From assembly GCA_030638405.1 (NCBI GenBank), contig DAOWER010000026.1, positions 1-38,688 on the forward strand: 38,688 nt of DNA. Reading direction: 5' to 3'. Each line of letters starts with the position of its first letter. Position 1 is the stretch's first letter. Both the position numbers and the translations under genes were made by a program. Shown here piece by piece: positions 23,416 to 31,344 of the stretch. The stretch comes from Candidatus Eiseniibacteriota bacterium (GTDB lineage: Bacteria > Joyebacterota > Joyebacteria > Joyebacterales > Joyebacteraceae). The notes below the pieces were generated by a model. That model ran no database searches, was not told the origin of the DNA, and worked only from the letters and a program-made list of their open reading frames with translations.

Positions 23416-24069
23416 CTACTCGTAGTCGAGGACCACGACTTTCGCCGTGTCCTCGAGATCGCCGGCGTCGATCTCCACGGTTGTGCTGTCCGCGCGCTCG
23501 ACGTGCTCCATCAGCTTCAGGAAATCATCAACCGGCTGGATCGGGAACCCCAGTGCGTCGGTCTTGTAGTGCATCGGTATGATGATCCGCGCCCCGAGCG
23601 CTTCGGCCGTCTTCTTGGCCTCCTCCGGGCCGATCGTGTAGTAGCCACCGACGGGCGCCAGCAGAACATCCACGGTCCCGAGGGCCGTCACCTCTTCTTC
23701 GGAGAGGACGTGTCCGAGGTCACCGAGGTGCCCCACCTTCACACCGTCGACCTCCATCACGTAGATGTTGATGCGCCCTCGCTCCTGCCCCTTGCTCTCG
23801 TCGTGGAAGGCGGTAATGCCCCATATCGGAATCCCCTTGATCGTACGCTTCTCGGGGTCACGCACGACCTCCGGCCCGCCGCTCACGGTGTCGACCGCGT
23901 TGTGGTCCGCATGCTCGTGACTCACGGTCACCACGTCGGCATGCGTGTCGATAGGCGAATAGCCGACGGCCCCGTCGTAGGAACCGGCCTCGTACGGGTC
24001 GGTCACGACTCTCGTACCGTCCTTCGATTCGACCAGGAACGAAGCGTGCCCCAGCCAGGTGATCTTCAT
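23416..24069 (-). CDS. metallo-beta-lactamase-fold metal-dependent hydrolase (UPF0173-like)
   Basis: MKITWLGHASFLVESKDGTRVVTDPY and SHEHADHN (the HxHxDH motif). I chose ATG 24069 (GGGGAG upstream). The ORF-track extension to 24129 is rejected. Confidence 0.8.
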   Translation of the reverse strand: MKITWLGHASFLVESKDGTRVVTDPYEAGSYDGAVGYSPIDTHADVVTVSHEHADHNAVDTVSGGPEVVRDPEKRTIKGIPIWGITAFHDESKGQERGRINIYVMEVDGVKVGHLGDLGHVLSEEEVTALGTVDVLLAPVGGYYTIGPEEAKKTAEALGARIIIPMHYKTDALGFPIQPVDDFLKLMEHVERADSTTVEIDAGDLEDTAKVVVLDYE

Positions 24070-24121
24070 TGTCTCGAACTCCCCTTTCGGCCCACCCGCT
24101 GTTTCTCGTGGACGGTGCAGT

Positions 24122-24170
24122 AACGACAAAGGGGCCTCGCGGGAACGCGGATGTTCCCAGGCGATGCCCC
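24122..24170 (-). terminator. candidate intrinsic terminator of the rplU-rpmA transcript
   Basis: Read on the minus strand: GGGGCAUCGC-CU-GGGAAC-AUCCGC-GUUCCC-GCGAGGCCCC. The outer 10-bp stem has one A.G mismatch and the inner stem is 6 bp. A U-rich tail UUUGUCGUUA follows immediately. Confidence 0.55.
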
Positions 24171-24290
24171 CTCTGATTCCATTGCAGACTGGTGTTCGGT
24201 CCCTGGTCGGGATGTCCCCTCACCCAGCGCTGGCTCTCCCCCATCCCGGTCGCCGCTCTCTCGCTGCAACTCGACGTTCACCTCTGCGTC

Positions 24291-24539
24291 CTACTGGACG
24301 CTCACGCGCTTTCTGTCGCGACCCCATCGCTCGAACGTCACGTTCCCGTCTTTCAGAGCGAAGAGAGTGTCGTCGCCGCCCCTCCCCACATTCTGCCCCG
24401 GGTAGAACTTCGTGCCGCGCTGCTTGAGGATGATGGTCCCCGCGCGCACGAACTGCCCGCCGAAGCGCTTGACCCCGAGGCGCTGAGCCCTGGAGTCGCG
24501 TCCGTTCCTGGAACTGCCAACGCCCTTTTTGTGTGACAC
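24291..24539 (-). CDS. rpmA: 50S ribosomal protein L27
   Basis: [51 protein letters not shown] start with GAGGGGG 8 nt upstream. Confidence 0.97.
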
Positions 24540-24588
24540 TTCGCGAACCCCCTCTTGAGATACTGCTCTCCTGCACGGGCAGTGCGGC

Positions 24589-24903
24589 CTACGAGGTTAT
24601 GCCTGTTATGCGAATCTCCGTGAAGCCCTGCCTGTGCCCCTTCTTAACGCGGTAGTCCTTCCTGCGCTTCTTCTTGAACACGATGACCTTCCGGCCCTTC
24701 CCGTGTCCGATGATCTCTGCTCTTACGGACGCACTCTCGACGATCGGCGTTCCGACCTTCACGTCACCACCGACGCTCAGTGCCAGCACATCCGACATCT
24801 CGATGGCCTCGCCAACTTCGCTCTTCATGCGCGGGACGCGGATGAGGTCTCCCTCGGAAACCCTGAACTGAAGTCCTCCGGTCCTTACTACGGCGTAATC
24901 CAC
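24589..24903 (-). CDS. rplU: 50S ribosomal protein L21
   Basis: [23 protein letters not shown] ... [35 protein letters not shown] start preceded by GGGAGGAG. Confidence 0.95.
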
Positions 24904-24962
24904 GACTCCTCCCAGACTGTCTCGTAACTCCTTTTCGGCACGTCTTTTCTACGAACTTGTAT

Positions 24963-24990
24963 AGTATATTCCTGTGCCCCATCGTGTCAA
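24963..24990 (-). promoter_or_regulatory. sigma70-type promoter for rplU-rpmA
   Basis: Minus strand reads TTGACA (24990-24985), a 16-nt spacer, then TATACT (24968-24963), about 60 nt upstream of the rplU start. The -35 is a perfect consensus and the -10 matches 5 of 6. Confidence 0.6.
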
Positions 24991-25095
24991 GCATCAAGTG
25001 TCTCGTCCGCCGTGCGTTCCGCCCGCCACCCGGCCCACTCGCGGCCTCCGGAGCCGTCACACGGCCCAATCGTGCTCCTCACCGCCCGTCACCTG

Positions 25096-25104
25096 TGCTA
25101 TTCT
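25096..25104 (+). promoter_or_regulatory. possible extended -10 element (TGcTATTCT) for the EamA transporter gene
   Basis: TGCTATTCT lies about 45 nt upstream of the proposed GTG start at 25146. No convincing -35. Confidence 0.25.
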
Positions 25105-25145
25105 CCCCTGGTCGTTCACGCTTCAGCTTCCGAAAGGCCGCACCA

Positions 25146-26036
25146 GTGACAATTCCCCACCTTGGTGAGATTCTCTCCGTCCTCGCCGCCCTCATCTGGG
25201 CCGCCTCCGTCGTGCTCTTCCGCATGAGCGGCCGCGAAATGAAGCCTCTCGCCCTCAACTTCTTCAAGAACATAGTCGCCATGGTGCTGCTTCTGGTAAC
25301 CCTGGCTGCTGTCGGGCAGAATCTCTTCCGCGACGCGCCGCTTCTCGACTACGTGCTCCTGACCCTGAGCGGCGTCCTGGGGATCACGATCGCCGACACG
25401 CTCTTCTTCAAGAGCCTGAACATCGTCGGCGCCGGCCTCTCTCAGATAGCCAGTCTCTCTTACAGTCCGTTCGTCATTCTCTTCACGTTCGTCTTTCTCG
25501 GCGAGAGGCTGACGGCGGGGGACCTTGCCGGCGCGGCCCTCATCCTCGTTGGGATCCTACTCACGACCACGCGCGAGCACGCCTCGGAGACCTCCGCGCA
25601 CGACCTTCGAGTGGGCATCGGTCTGGCCACTCTGTCCGTCGCGCTCATGGCCCTCGGCGTAGCTCTTGCGAAGCCGGTCCTGGACCGCTCGCCGGTCCTC
25701 TGGTCGACCTCGGTCAGGCTCCTCGCCGGTGTGGTCGCTCTCGTGCTTCTCACCGTCGTGTCCCCCCGTCACCGCTACCTCTGGTCGACGCTGAGACCCT
25801 CGCGCTCATGGAAGGTCGCCATCCCGGCCGCCGTCCTTGGCGCCTACCTCGCGATGATCGTCTGGATCGCCGGCATGAAGTACACTCAGGCCTCCACCGC
25901 GTCCATTCTCAACCAGACCAGCACGGTGTTCGTGCTCCCACTGGCTGCTGTCTTCCTGCACGAGCGCGTCACGCTGCGGAAGTCCGCCGCCGTGGCGATG
26001 GCCCTGGGCGGTGCGGTGCTCGTCACCCTCACGTGA
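25146..26036 (+). CDS. EamA/DMT-family transporter
   Basis: Ten hydrophobic segments in two EamA-like halves (ILSVLAALIWAASVVLFRMSG... and ...STASILNQTSTVFVLPLAAVFLHERVT). I chose GTG 25146 (GAAAGG upstream). The 63-residue Pro/Arg-rich extension back to the ORF-track ATG at 24957 covers the rplU promoter region and is rejected. Confidence 0.8.
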   Translation: MTIPHLGEILSVLAALIWAASVVLFRMSGREMKPLALNFFKNIVAMVLLLVTLAAVGQNLFRDAPLLDYVLLTLSGVLGITIADTLFFKSLNIVGAGLSQIASLSYSPFVILFTFVFLGERLTAGDLAGAALILVGILLTTTREHASETSAHDLRVGIGLATLSVALMALGVALAKPVLDRSPVLWSTSVRLLAGVVALVLLTVVSPRHRYLWSTLRPSRSWKVAIPAAVLGAYLAMIVWIAGMKYTQASTASILNQTSTVFVLPLAAVFLHERVTLRKSAAVAMALGGAVLVTLT

Positions 26037-26044
26037 CGGGTTCC

Positions 26045-26104
26045 GTGCGACCAGACCCCGCGCGGCCAGACTCCGTGCGGCCAGACCCCCTGTGCGGCGC
26101 GGCC
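26045..26104. repeat. 15-bp tandem direct repeat, three good copies plus one degenerate copy
   Basis: GTGCGACCAGACCCC / GCGCGGCCAGACTCC / GTGCGGCCAGACCCC / cTGTGCGGCGCGGCC. Begins 9 nt after the EamA stop, in the convergent intergenic region. Confidence 0.8.
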
Positions 26105-26117
26105 GTACACGAGTGGG

Positions 26118-26137
26118 CCGGAGCACTCAGGCTCCGG
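26118..26137 (+). terminator. weak candidate hairpin terminator after the EamA gene
   Basis: CCGGAGC-actcag-GCTCCGG (7-bp stem), followed by TCCTCGCATTCC, which is only modestly T-containing. Confidence 0.25.
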
Positions 26138-26157
26138 TCCTCGCATTCCGACCCTTG

Positions 26158-26176
26158 AGCAGCGGAGGACGCTGCT
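26158..26176 (-). terminator. weak candidate hairpin at the 3' end of the histidine kinase gene
   Basis: AGCAGCG-gagga-CGCTGCT (7-bp stem) overlapping the TAG stop (26175-26177). No U-tract on the minus strand. Confidence 0.2.
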
Positions 26177-28733
26177 ACGCACCCCGCGTGCTCGCCCTCG
26201 CCGCTGCCTCAACCTCCGCGACGAGCTTCTCGAGCCTGTAGGGCTTCTGGACGAAGCCGCAGATCCCGCCCCCCGCGAATCTCCCGACGACCTCCTGCTC
26301 GCTGAAGCCGCTGGACAGGACGACTTTCACGTCGTCCCGTATCTTGCGCAGCTCCTGGAACGTCTCCTCACCACCCATCCTGGGCATCGTGAGATCGAGA
26401 AGCACACAGGACACCTCGTTCCAGTGCTCGCGGTAGTAATCGACCGCCTCGCAGCCGTCGGCGGCGCCGACAACCTCAAACCCCGCCTGCTCGAGGAGTC
26501 GCATTCCGATGTCGCGTACTGTGTCCTCGTCATCGACCAGAAGCACGGTCCCGCCGGCTTCGCTTCCGAACGCTTCCGGCTGAGTCTCCTCTCGTTTCAG
26601 AGCAACGCGGTTACCCACGGGCAGGAGCACCGTGAACGAGGTCCCGCCTCCCTGCTCACTCGTCACCTTGATGGCCCCCGAATGGCCGCGGACGATCCCC
26701 AGAGCCGACGCCAGACCTAGACCACGCCCCGTGAACTTCGTCGAGAAGAAGGGGTCGAAGATCTTCTGAAGGACCTCCGAGTCCATTCCGCACCCCGTGT
26801 CGCTGACCTCGAGGAACAGGTAATCACCCTCAGGCAGATTGTCATCGAGATAGGTGTCGCTGAGATAAGCGCGGTCACAATGCCGAACGCCTGTGCGAAG
26901 CGTGACGACACCCCCTTCCTCTCCGATAGAATCGGAGGCGTTCGTTACGAGATTCAACACCACCTGGTGCAGCTGCGTGACGTCAGCGACCACGGCCGGA
27001 AGGCCGCGGCACAGGTCGTAGCTGAGCGCGACGCCCTTCGACACCGACACCTCCAGCAGGTTCCCTATCTCGGTCACCAGTTCGTTGACGTCCACCGCCT
27101 CTATGACGAAACTCCCCTTGCCCGAGTAAGCGAGCATCTGCCGGGACAGGTCCGCCGCGCGTTCCGCGGACGCTCTTGCCTCCCTCAGGCACGAGCACGC
27201 GGCCGAGCCGTCCTCCACCTCCAGGAGCCCCAGCTCTACGTTCCCCAGGACGCCGGTCAGCAGGTTGTTGAAGTCGTGCGCGATGCCGCCCGCCAGAACG
27301 CCGAGGCTCTCCAGCTTCTGGGCGTGCCGGACCTGAGCCTCCAGCCGCTCTCTTTCCTCTTCGGCCAGCTTCCGTCGGATGGCCATCGCTATGTTGTCTG
27401 AGACGAACGTCATCACCTGGAAGTCCCGCTCCGAGTACGGAGAACTCTCCTGGTAGCTCTGAACGACGACGACACCGATGACGTTCCCTCCCGTCTTGAG
27501 CGGAACACCGAGCCAGATGGGCGACGCGGCGCCGATGAGCTCGACCTCCCCGGCATCGACGAGATCCTGGAAGTCCTCCTCGTTGATCATCTGGGCGGTG
27601 CCGACCCTGCGCACGTAGTCGGTCAGGCTCTTCTTCAGCGTGGCCGGCTGCGTCTGCTCGTTGTCGTCGAACTGATCGACATGGTACGGGAATGTGTACT
27701 TGTCGGTGTCCTCGTGGTAGAGGGCAACATAGAAGTTGGTGGTGTCGATGAGCCTGCCAAGTTCCCGATGGATGCTTGCGAGCAGCTCCTCGAGATTGTC
27801 GGACTCATTCACCGCCTGGGAGACGTTGAGAAGCACCGACTGCACTTCCTCGGCTTCCTTCCGTTCGGAGATGTCCTGCACGGCGCCGCAGAGGCGTGTG
27901 ACGGCCCCGGTCACTTCGTCCTTGACCGGCCTCGCGTAGTCGCGGACCCACCGAGTGCTGCCGTCCTTGCACGTCAGACGGAAGTCGACTGCTGACGCCC
28001 TCCCTGCGAGGATCTCCTCGAGCTGTCGCTTCACGACTTCGGCGTCCACCGGGTCGGCCGCTGCGGACCAGCCCCGGCGCGCGATGAACTCCTCCCCCGT
28101 GTATCCGGTCATCTCCTCGATCGCACCAGTAACCCACTCGCGCACCGTCTCCCCGTTCTGTCCCACGCGGCAGCCGTAGGCGAAATCCGATATCAGACTG
28201 GAGACGATTCTGTACCGCTCCTCGCTCTCGCGCAGGGCGGCCTCCGTCCGCAGGTGAGCCGAGATGTCCTGCACCGCACCGTAGACGCGCGCCACGCGCC
28301 CGGTCTGCTCATCCAGGACCGGCCTCGCGTAGTCACGCGTCCACCGGATCTCCCCGTCCTTCCGGATGATCCGGTACTCGACCACTGAAGGCTCGCCCTT
28401 GAGCAGGTCGTCCAGCTGCCCCAGCGCGACCGGGATATCGTCGGGATGAATGAGGTCCTGCCAGCGCTGCCCTCGCTCGAGTTCGTCGAAGGTGTAACCA
28501 GTCATCCCGGCCAGGTCGCCGGCCGCCCACGGATCGGCTCGCTCGCCGTCCGAGTCCACACGGAATCCGTAGGCGAAATCGGATATCAGGCTCGAGATGA
28601 CGCGGTATCGCTCTTCGATATCGCGCGGGACCTCGGCCGAGTGCGGCTGCTCGGAGCCACGGTCGCACTCGGGACGGCGGTCCCCGCTTGACTCACCCCG
28701 GCGCTCTTTCCTGGTCTTGTGCTCGTCGCCCAT
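26175..28733 (-). CDS. cytoplasmic hybrid sensor histidine kinase (PAS-PAS-GAF-HisKA-HATPase-REC)
   Basis: Domain evidence:
- Two paralogous PAS modules, each opening with EERYR(V/I)(I/V)SSLISDFAYG and ending with YGAVQDIS / CGAVQDIS.
- A GAF-like segment.
- H-box GGIAHDFNNLLTGVLGN.
- ATPase boxes LNLVTNASDSI, DTGCGMD and GRGLGLA.
- C-terminal receiver: VLLVDDEDTVR...LLDLTMPRMGG.

No TM segments. I prefer ATG 28733; the ORF-track TTG is at 28778. Confidence 0.9.
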   Translation of the reverse strand: MGDEHKTRKERRGESSGDRRPECDRGSEQPHSAEVPRDIEERYRVISSLISDFAYGFRVDSDGERADPWAAGDLAGMTGYTFDELERGQRWQDLIHPDDIPVALGQLDDLLKGEPSVVEYRIIRKDGEIRWTRDYARPVLDEQTGRVARVYGAVQDISAHLRTEAALRESEERYRIVSSLISDFAYGCRVGQNGETVREWVTGAIEEMTGYTGEEFIARRGWSAAADPVDAEVVKRQLEEILAGRASAVDFRLTCKDGSTRWVRDYARPVKDEVTGAVTRLCGAVQDISERKEAEEVQSVLLNVSQAVNESDNLEELLASIHRELGRLIDTTNFYVALYHEDTDKYTFPYHVDQFDDNEQTQPATLKKSLTDYVRRVGTAQMINEEDFQDLVDAGEVELIGAASPIWLGVPLKTGGNVIGVVVVQSYQESSPYSERDFQVMTFVSDNIAMAIRRKLAEEERERLEAQVRHAQKLESLGVLAGGIAHDFNNLLTGVLGNVELGLLEVEDGSAACSCLREARASAERAADLSRQMLAYSGKGSFVIEAVDVNELVTEIGNLLEVSVSKGVALSYDLCRGLPAVVADVTQLHQVVLNLVTNASDSIGEEGGVVTLRTGVRHCDRAYLSDTYLDDNLPEGDYLFLEVSDTGCGMDSEVLQKIFDPFFSTKFTGRGLGLASALGIVRGHSGAIKVTSEQGGGTSFTVLLPVGNRVALKREETQPEAFGSEAGGTVLLVDDEDTVRDIGMRLLEQAGFEVVGAADGCEAVDYYREHWNEVSCVLLDLTMPRMGGEETFQELRKIRDDVKVVLSSGFSEQEVVGRFAGGGICGFVQKPYRLEKLVAEVEAAARASTRGA

Positions 28734-28792
28734 TCCGGTGGCTGCCCCCTGACACGACCGGTCGCGGGGCCGGTCCAAGGCGGCGCCCGGAC

Positions 28793-29821
28793 TCAGTCCC
28801 CGGTTATTTCAAGGAACACGGGGTCTTCGTACAACGGCTCGAAGTCCGTGTCCAGTCTGGCTCTCGGTCCCAGCGTCTCGTCCCTGTCGACCGCGGCCCC
28901 GAGCTCCTCCAGGGCCTCATCGCGCATGCCGGCCTTCGAGTAGTAGCAGGCCAAGTGGTAGTGCGGTTCGCCCAGGTCCGGGTTCAGTTCTACCGCCGAG
29001 CGCCCTGCCTCGAAGGCCGCCTCCCAGCTATCGTCCTCGCAGAGGCGATAGCCCTCAAGAACGAGCGCCCACTCCTTCCACATGTCGACGATCCGCCTGA
29101 GTTCCGCTATCGGATCTTCGTGATCGTCCACCCGGAGGTCGCAGTAGACGTCGTTGTACCCACCGTAGCCGCCGCCCGCGCGCACTATCAGAATCGCGGC
29201 CGACTGCATGCCTCTTGAGTCGCCACCGGCCGCCTGCCCGGCCTCGAGCGCCCGCATCAGGCGTTCTCCGAGGATGCCCTCGGTCTCCCGGAACGCCCTG
29301 GCCATCGCGGCGACCGTCTCCTCACCGACCAGGATGTTACCTTGAGCCGTGAAGTTCTTACCCGTCTCATGGCCCGCCCAGTCCATGCACTCCTCGCCGG
29401 TGTAGGCGTGCGAATTCCCGGCTGCGTCAACGATGCCCACCTGCCGCTGCGCGGCGTCGGGGTCGCGGACGAGCAGGCTCTCCATCACGGCTTCGACGCT
29501 CATGCCGCCCTCGAGCATCGAAAGCCCCAGGGGGCCGAACGTCGTATTGCCGTACGCCTGGGACGCGATGGCGCCGACTCCGGACTTCGCCCACGGCACC
29601 ACAGACCCGACGGCGAAGAACTTGGACTGGACGGCGACACCGAGATCTCCCGTCGCGGGGTCGTACCCCACGATGGAGAAGGTCGCCACCGGCTCCGCCG
29701 CCGCTGCGGTGTCGAACGAAGGCGGTACCAGAACGCACACCGCCGCAACGAATAGTGCGGCCAGAACCGGAATACTCTTGCTACTGATGCAAATGTGAGG
29801 CCACATTCTCGAATCACCCAT
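28793..29821 (-). CDS. secreted DUF1028-family (Ntn-hydrolase-like) protein with a C-terminal TPR-like extension
   Basis: Signal-like segment IPVLAALFVAAVCVLVPP...AAAAEPVA, followed by TFSIVGYDPATGDLGVAVQSKFFAVGSVVPWAKSGVGAIASQAYGN (the DUF1028 core, with a Thr at the expected mature N-terminus). The C-terminal ~90 aa are helical-repeat-like (HYHLACYYSKAGMRDEALEELGAAV). Start is ATG 29821 (8-nt overlap with the upstream gene) or ATG 29806. Confidence 0.75.
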   Translation of the reverse strand: MGDSRMWPHICISSKSIPVLAALFVAAVCVLVPPSFDTAAAAEPVATFSIVGYDPATGDLGVAVQSKFFAVGSVVPWAKSGVGAIASQAYGNTTFGPLGLSMLEGGMSVEAVMESLLVRDPDAAQRQVGIVDAAGNSHAYTGEECMDWAGHETGKNFTAQGNILVGEETVAAMARAFRETEGILGERLMRALEAGQAAGGDSRGMQSAAILIVRAGGGYGGYNDVYCDLRVDDHEDPIAELRRIVDMWKEWALVLEGYRLCEDDSWEAAFEAGRSAVELNPDLGEPHYHLACYYSKAGMRDEALEELGAAVDRDETLGPRARLDTDFEPLYEDPVFLEITGD

Positions 29822-30644
29822 CGTCGCGTCCTCCGTTCGTACGAGCTGCGGCACGCTCGATATCTTCGCTGAACGGGCCGTCATTTATTGCCTCGAGAAC
29901 CTCCTGAAACCACTCATCGGCACGCTCGCGTTTCGCGGCGAGCTCACCGGCATCTGCAACGAAGAAGAGCTCGGCGAGACGCCTGACGTCTTCCTCCGGG
30001 AAGTCGTAGTGAACGTAGCGTGTGTGGAAGTTGTGGCGCGTGGGGTCGTGCAGGATCCGCAGCGCCTGAACCAGAGGGCGAAGCGTGTACGACTGATAGA
30101 ATGCAGCGGCCTCTATGACGTTCCCCCTGTTGAGCTCCTTCTCGGTCAGGACCCGGAAGAGGTCGAACAGCACGCGGAGCTCGCCTACCCTTCCCCTGAG
30201 CGTCGTGGCCAGAGCCTCGGCGTCGAACGGGTCGAACCGGACGACGCCGGTCTTGTCGAAGTAGACGAAGGGCCGTCCGTGAATCTCGGGTTGCAGAAAC
30301 TTGTCCTTCGCACCCGCCTTCATCACGACAAAGTCCAGCATCAGAAACGGACTGGCCCCCTCAAGCCTGTAGAAGGCCTGGGAATGCCCGTGCCATGTCG
30401 GCTCCGGCAGACGGTACTTGAGGTCAATGGCCGACAACCTCCGAAGCGTGTCCTCCACAACGACGAAGACGTCCTCAACACGGTCGTCATCCGACGCGAC
30501 CTGAAGATCCATGTCCGACCAGTCGTCCACCCGGTCGAACGCGATCGCGCCGGCCTCCCACATAGCCTGAACGTGATCCAGGGGCTCGAGCGCTCCGCGG
30601 AGCGCCGACAGAACGTCGTCGCGGCCCACGGCGTATCGTGACAT
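29814..30644 (-). CDS. Pol-beta-superfamily nucleotidyltransferase of the MNT/KNTase (aminoglycoside-NTase-like) type with a helical C-terminal domain; substrate unknown
   Basis: WEAGAIAFDRVDDWSDMDLQV aligns residue for residue with the G[SA]xAxGxxxxxSDxDL minimal-NTase motif. The C-terminal half is helical (RGRVGELRVLFDLFRVLTEKELNRGNVIEAAAFYQSYTL...). I chose ATG 30644 because AGGAGG lies 5 nt upstream; the ORF-track GTG is at 30650. Confidence 0.6.
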   Translation of the reverse strand: MSRYAVGRDDVLSALRGALEPLDHVQAMWEAGAIAFDRVDDWSDMDLQVASDDDRVEDVFVVVEDTLRRLSAIDLKYRLPEPTWHGHSQAFYRLEGASPFLMLDFVVMKAGAKDKFLQPEIHGRPFVYFDKTGVVRFDPFDAEALATTLRGRVGELRVLFDLFRVLTEKELNRGNVIEAAAFYQSYTLRPLVQALRILHDPTRHNFHTRYVHYDFPEEDVRRLAELFFVADAGELAAKRERADEWFQEVLEAINDGPFSEDIERAAARTNGGRDDG

Positions 30645-30670
30645 CTTCACCTCCTGACGGTGTTTGGCAT

Positions 30671-30690
30671 CGTCCGCTGGACAGCGGACG
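30671..30690 (-). other. 8-bp perfect hairpin between the His-Cys protein gene and the nucleotidyltransferase gene
   Basis: CGTCCGCT-ggac-AGCGGACG. There is no U-tract, so it is not a classical terminator. It could be a processing, stability or attenuation element. Confidence 0.35.
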
Positions 30691-30717
30691 CCGTGTCGTG
30701 CGTGGGGACGCGGGGTG

Positions 30718-31344
30718 TCAGGGCTCCAGGTCCTTCACGGTCACGATGTGGAAGTTGAGGTCCTTGAACGAACGGGCGATCTCGGTGGCGGCGCGGTCGA
30801 TCGCGTCGGCCCCGCGTCCGGAGAATTCGTTCTTCTGTATCTGAGAGAACAGAAGCAACTCAAACGCGGTGGAGCGAAGCCAGTCGACATCGACGCGGTA
30901 GCCGCAGACGGCGAGGGCCTCTGTCTTCTCGAGGAATCGCCGCAGCACACGCTTCCCTATCCGGAGCGTGCTGCACGACGAGAACATGATGATGCGATTC
31001 GCGCACTTCCCAGCCAGGAGGTCCCCGAGCGCCTCGATCGAGTACGCGTCCTTCCCTACCTTGATCCCGTTCTCACTCCCGTGGCTGGCGATGTACAGAA
31101 TCGGGTACCCGTCGTACCGCTTCTGCAGCCACTTCCTGACGTAGAACTCGAACTCCGCATGCGTGGCCGCGTCCATGTGTATATAACTGATGAGCGCATT
31201 GAGATTCAGAAGGTCGAGAAGCGGCTCCACGCTGGAACTGACGCGCAGGTCCGGGTCCCACAGTCCCTCGATGCAGAAGATCCCCTTTGTCTGCCCGCGC
31301 TTCCTCAAGAGTTCCCCCGTTTCTGCTCGGCGGCGGCTTCGCAC
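30718..31344 (-). CDS. uncharacterised alpha/beta protein with an ordered His...Cys dyad (ILYIASHG ... RIIMFSSCST), possibly a caspase/CHAT-like (clan CD) fold
   Basis: The ORF is real-looking: alternating hydrophobic strand and amphipathic helix pattern, and no antisense gene. The start is GTG 31344, or TTG 31308 which forms a TTGA overlap with the yihY stop. No family I can name from memory. His88 and Cys124 (numbered from GTG 31344) each follow a hydrophobic beta-strand, as in caspase-hemoglobinase-fold peptidases. Confidence 0.55.
   Translation of the reverse strand: MRSRRRAETGELLRKRGQTKGIFCIEGLWDPDLRVSSSVEPLLDLLNLNALISYIHMDAATHAEFEFYVRKWLQKRYDGYPILYIASHGSENGIKVGKDAYSIEALGDLLAGKCANRIIMFSSCSTLRIGKRVLRRFLEKTEALAVCGYRVDVDWLRSTAFELLLFSQIQKNEFSGRGADAIDRAATEIARSFKDLNFHIVTVKDLEP

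Noticed and set aside
26045-26104. Possible CRISPR array, considered for the 15-bp repeats here and the 24-bp repeats at 32937-33008.
   Set aside because: The units are directly adjacent with no spacers and are far shorter than CRISPR repeats. One array lies inside a coding region. No cas genes are present.
30380-30394. Sigma-54-like element on the minus strand (TGGCAC-N5-TTCC).
   Set aside because: It lies inside the nucleotidyltransferase coding sequence. The -12 element is TTCC rather than TTGC, and the next gene start is more than 500 nt downstream. I found no good TGGCAC-N5-TTGC match in any intergenic region.
29814-31344. Interpreting the nucleotidyltransferase plus His-Cys protein as a CBASS-like pair (cyclase plus effector) or an MNT-HEPN toxin-antitoxin pair.
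   Set aside because: The NTase motif and the helical C-terminal domain look like the KNTase/aminoglycoside-NTase type rather than a CD-NTase. There is no HEPN Rx4-6H motif in either protein. The gene order and the hairpin between the genes do not fit typical CBASS or TA architecture. It is retained only as an unexplained association.
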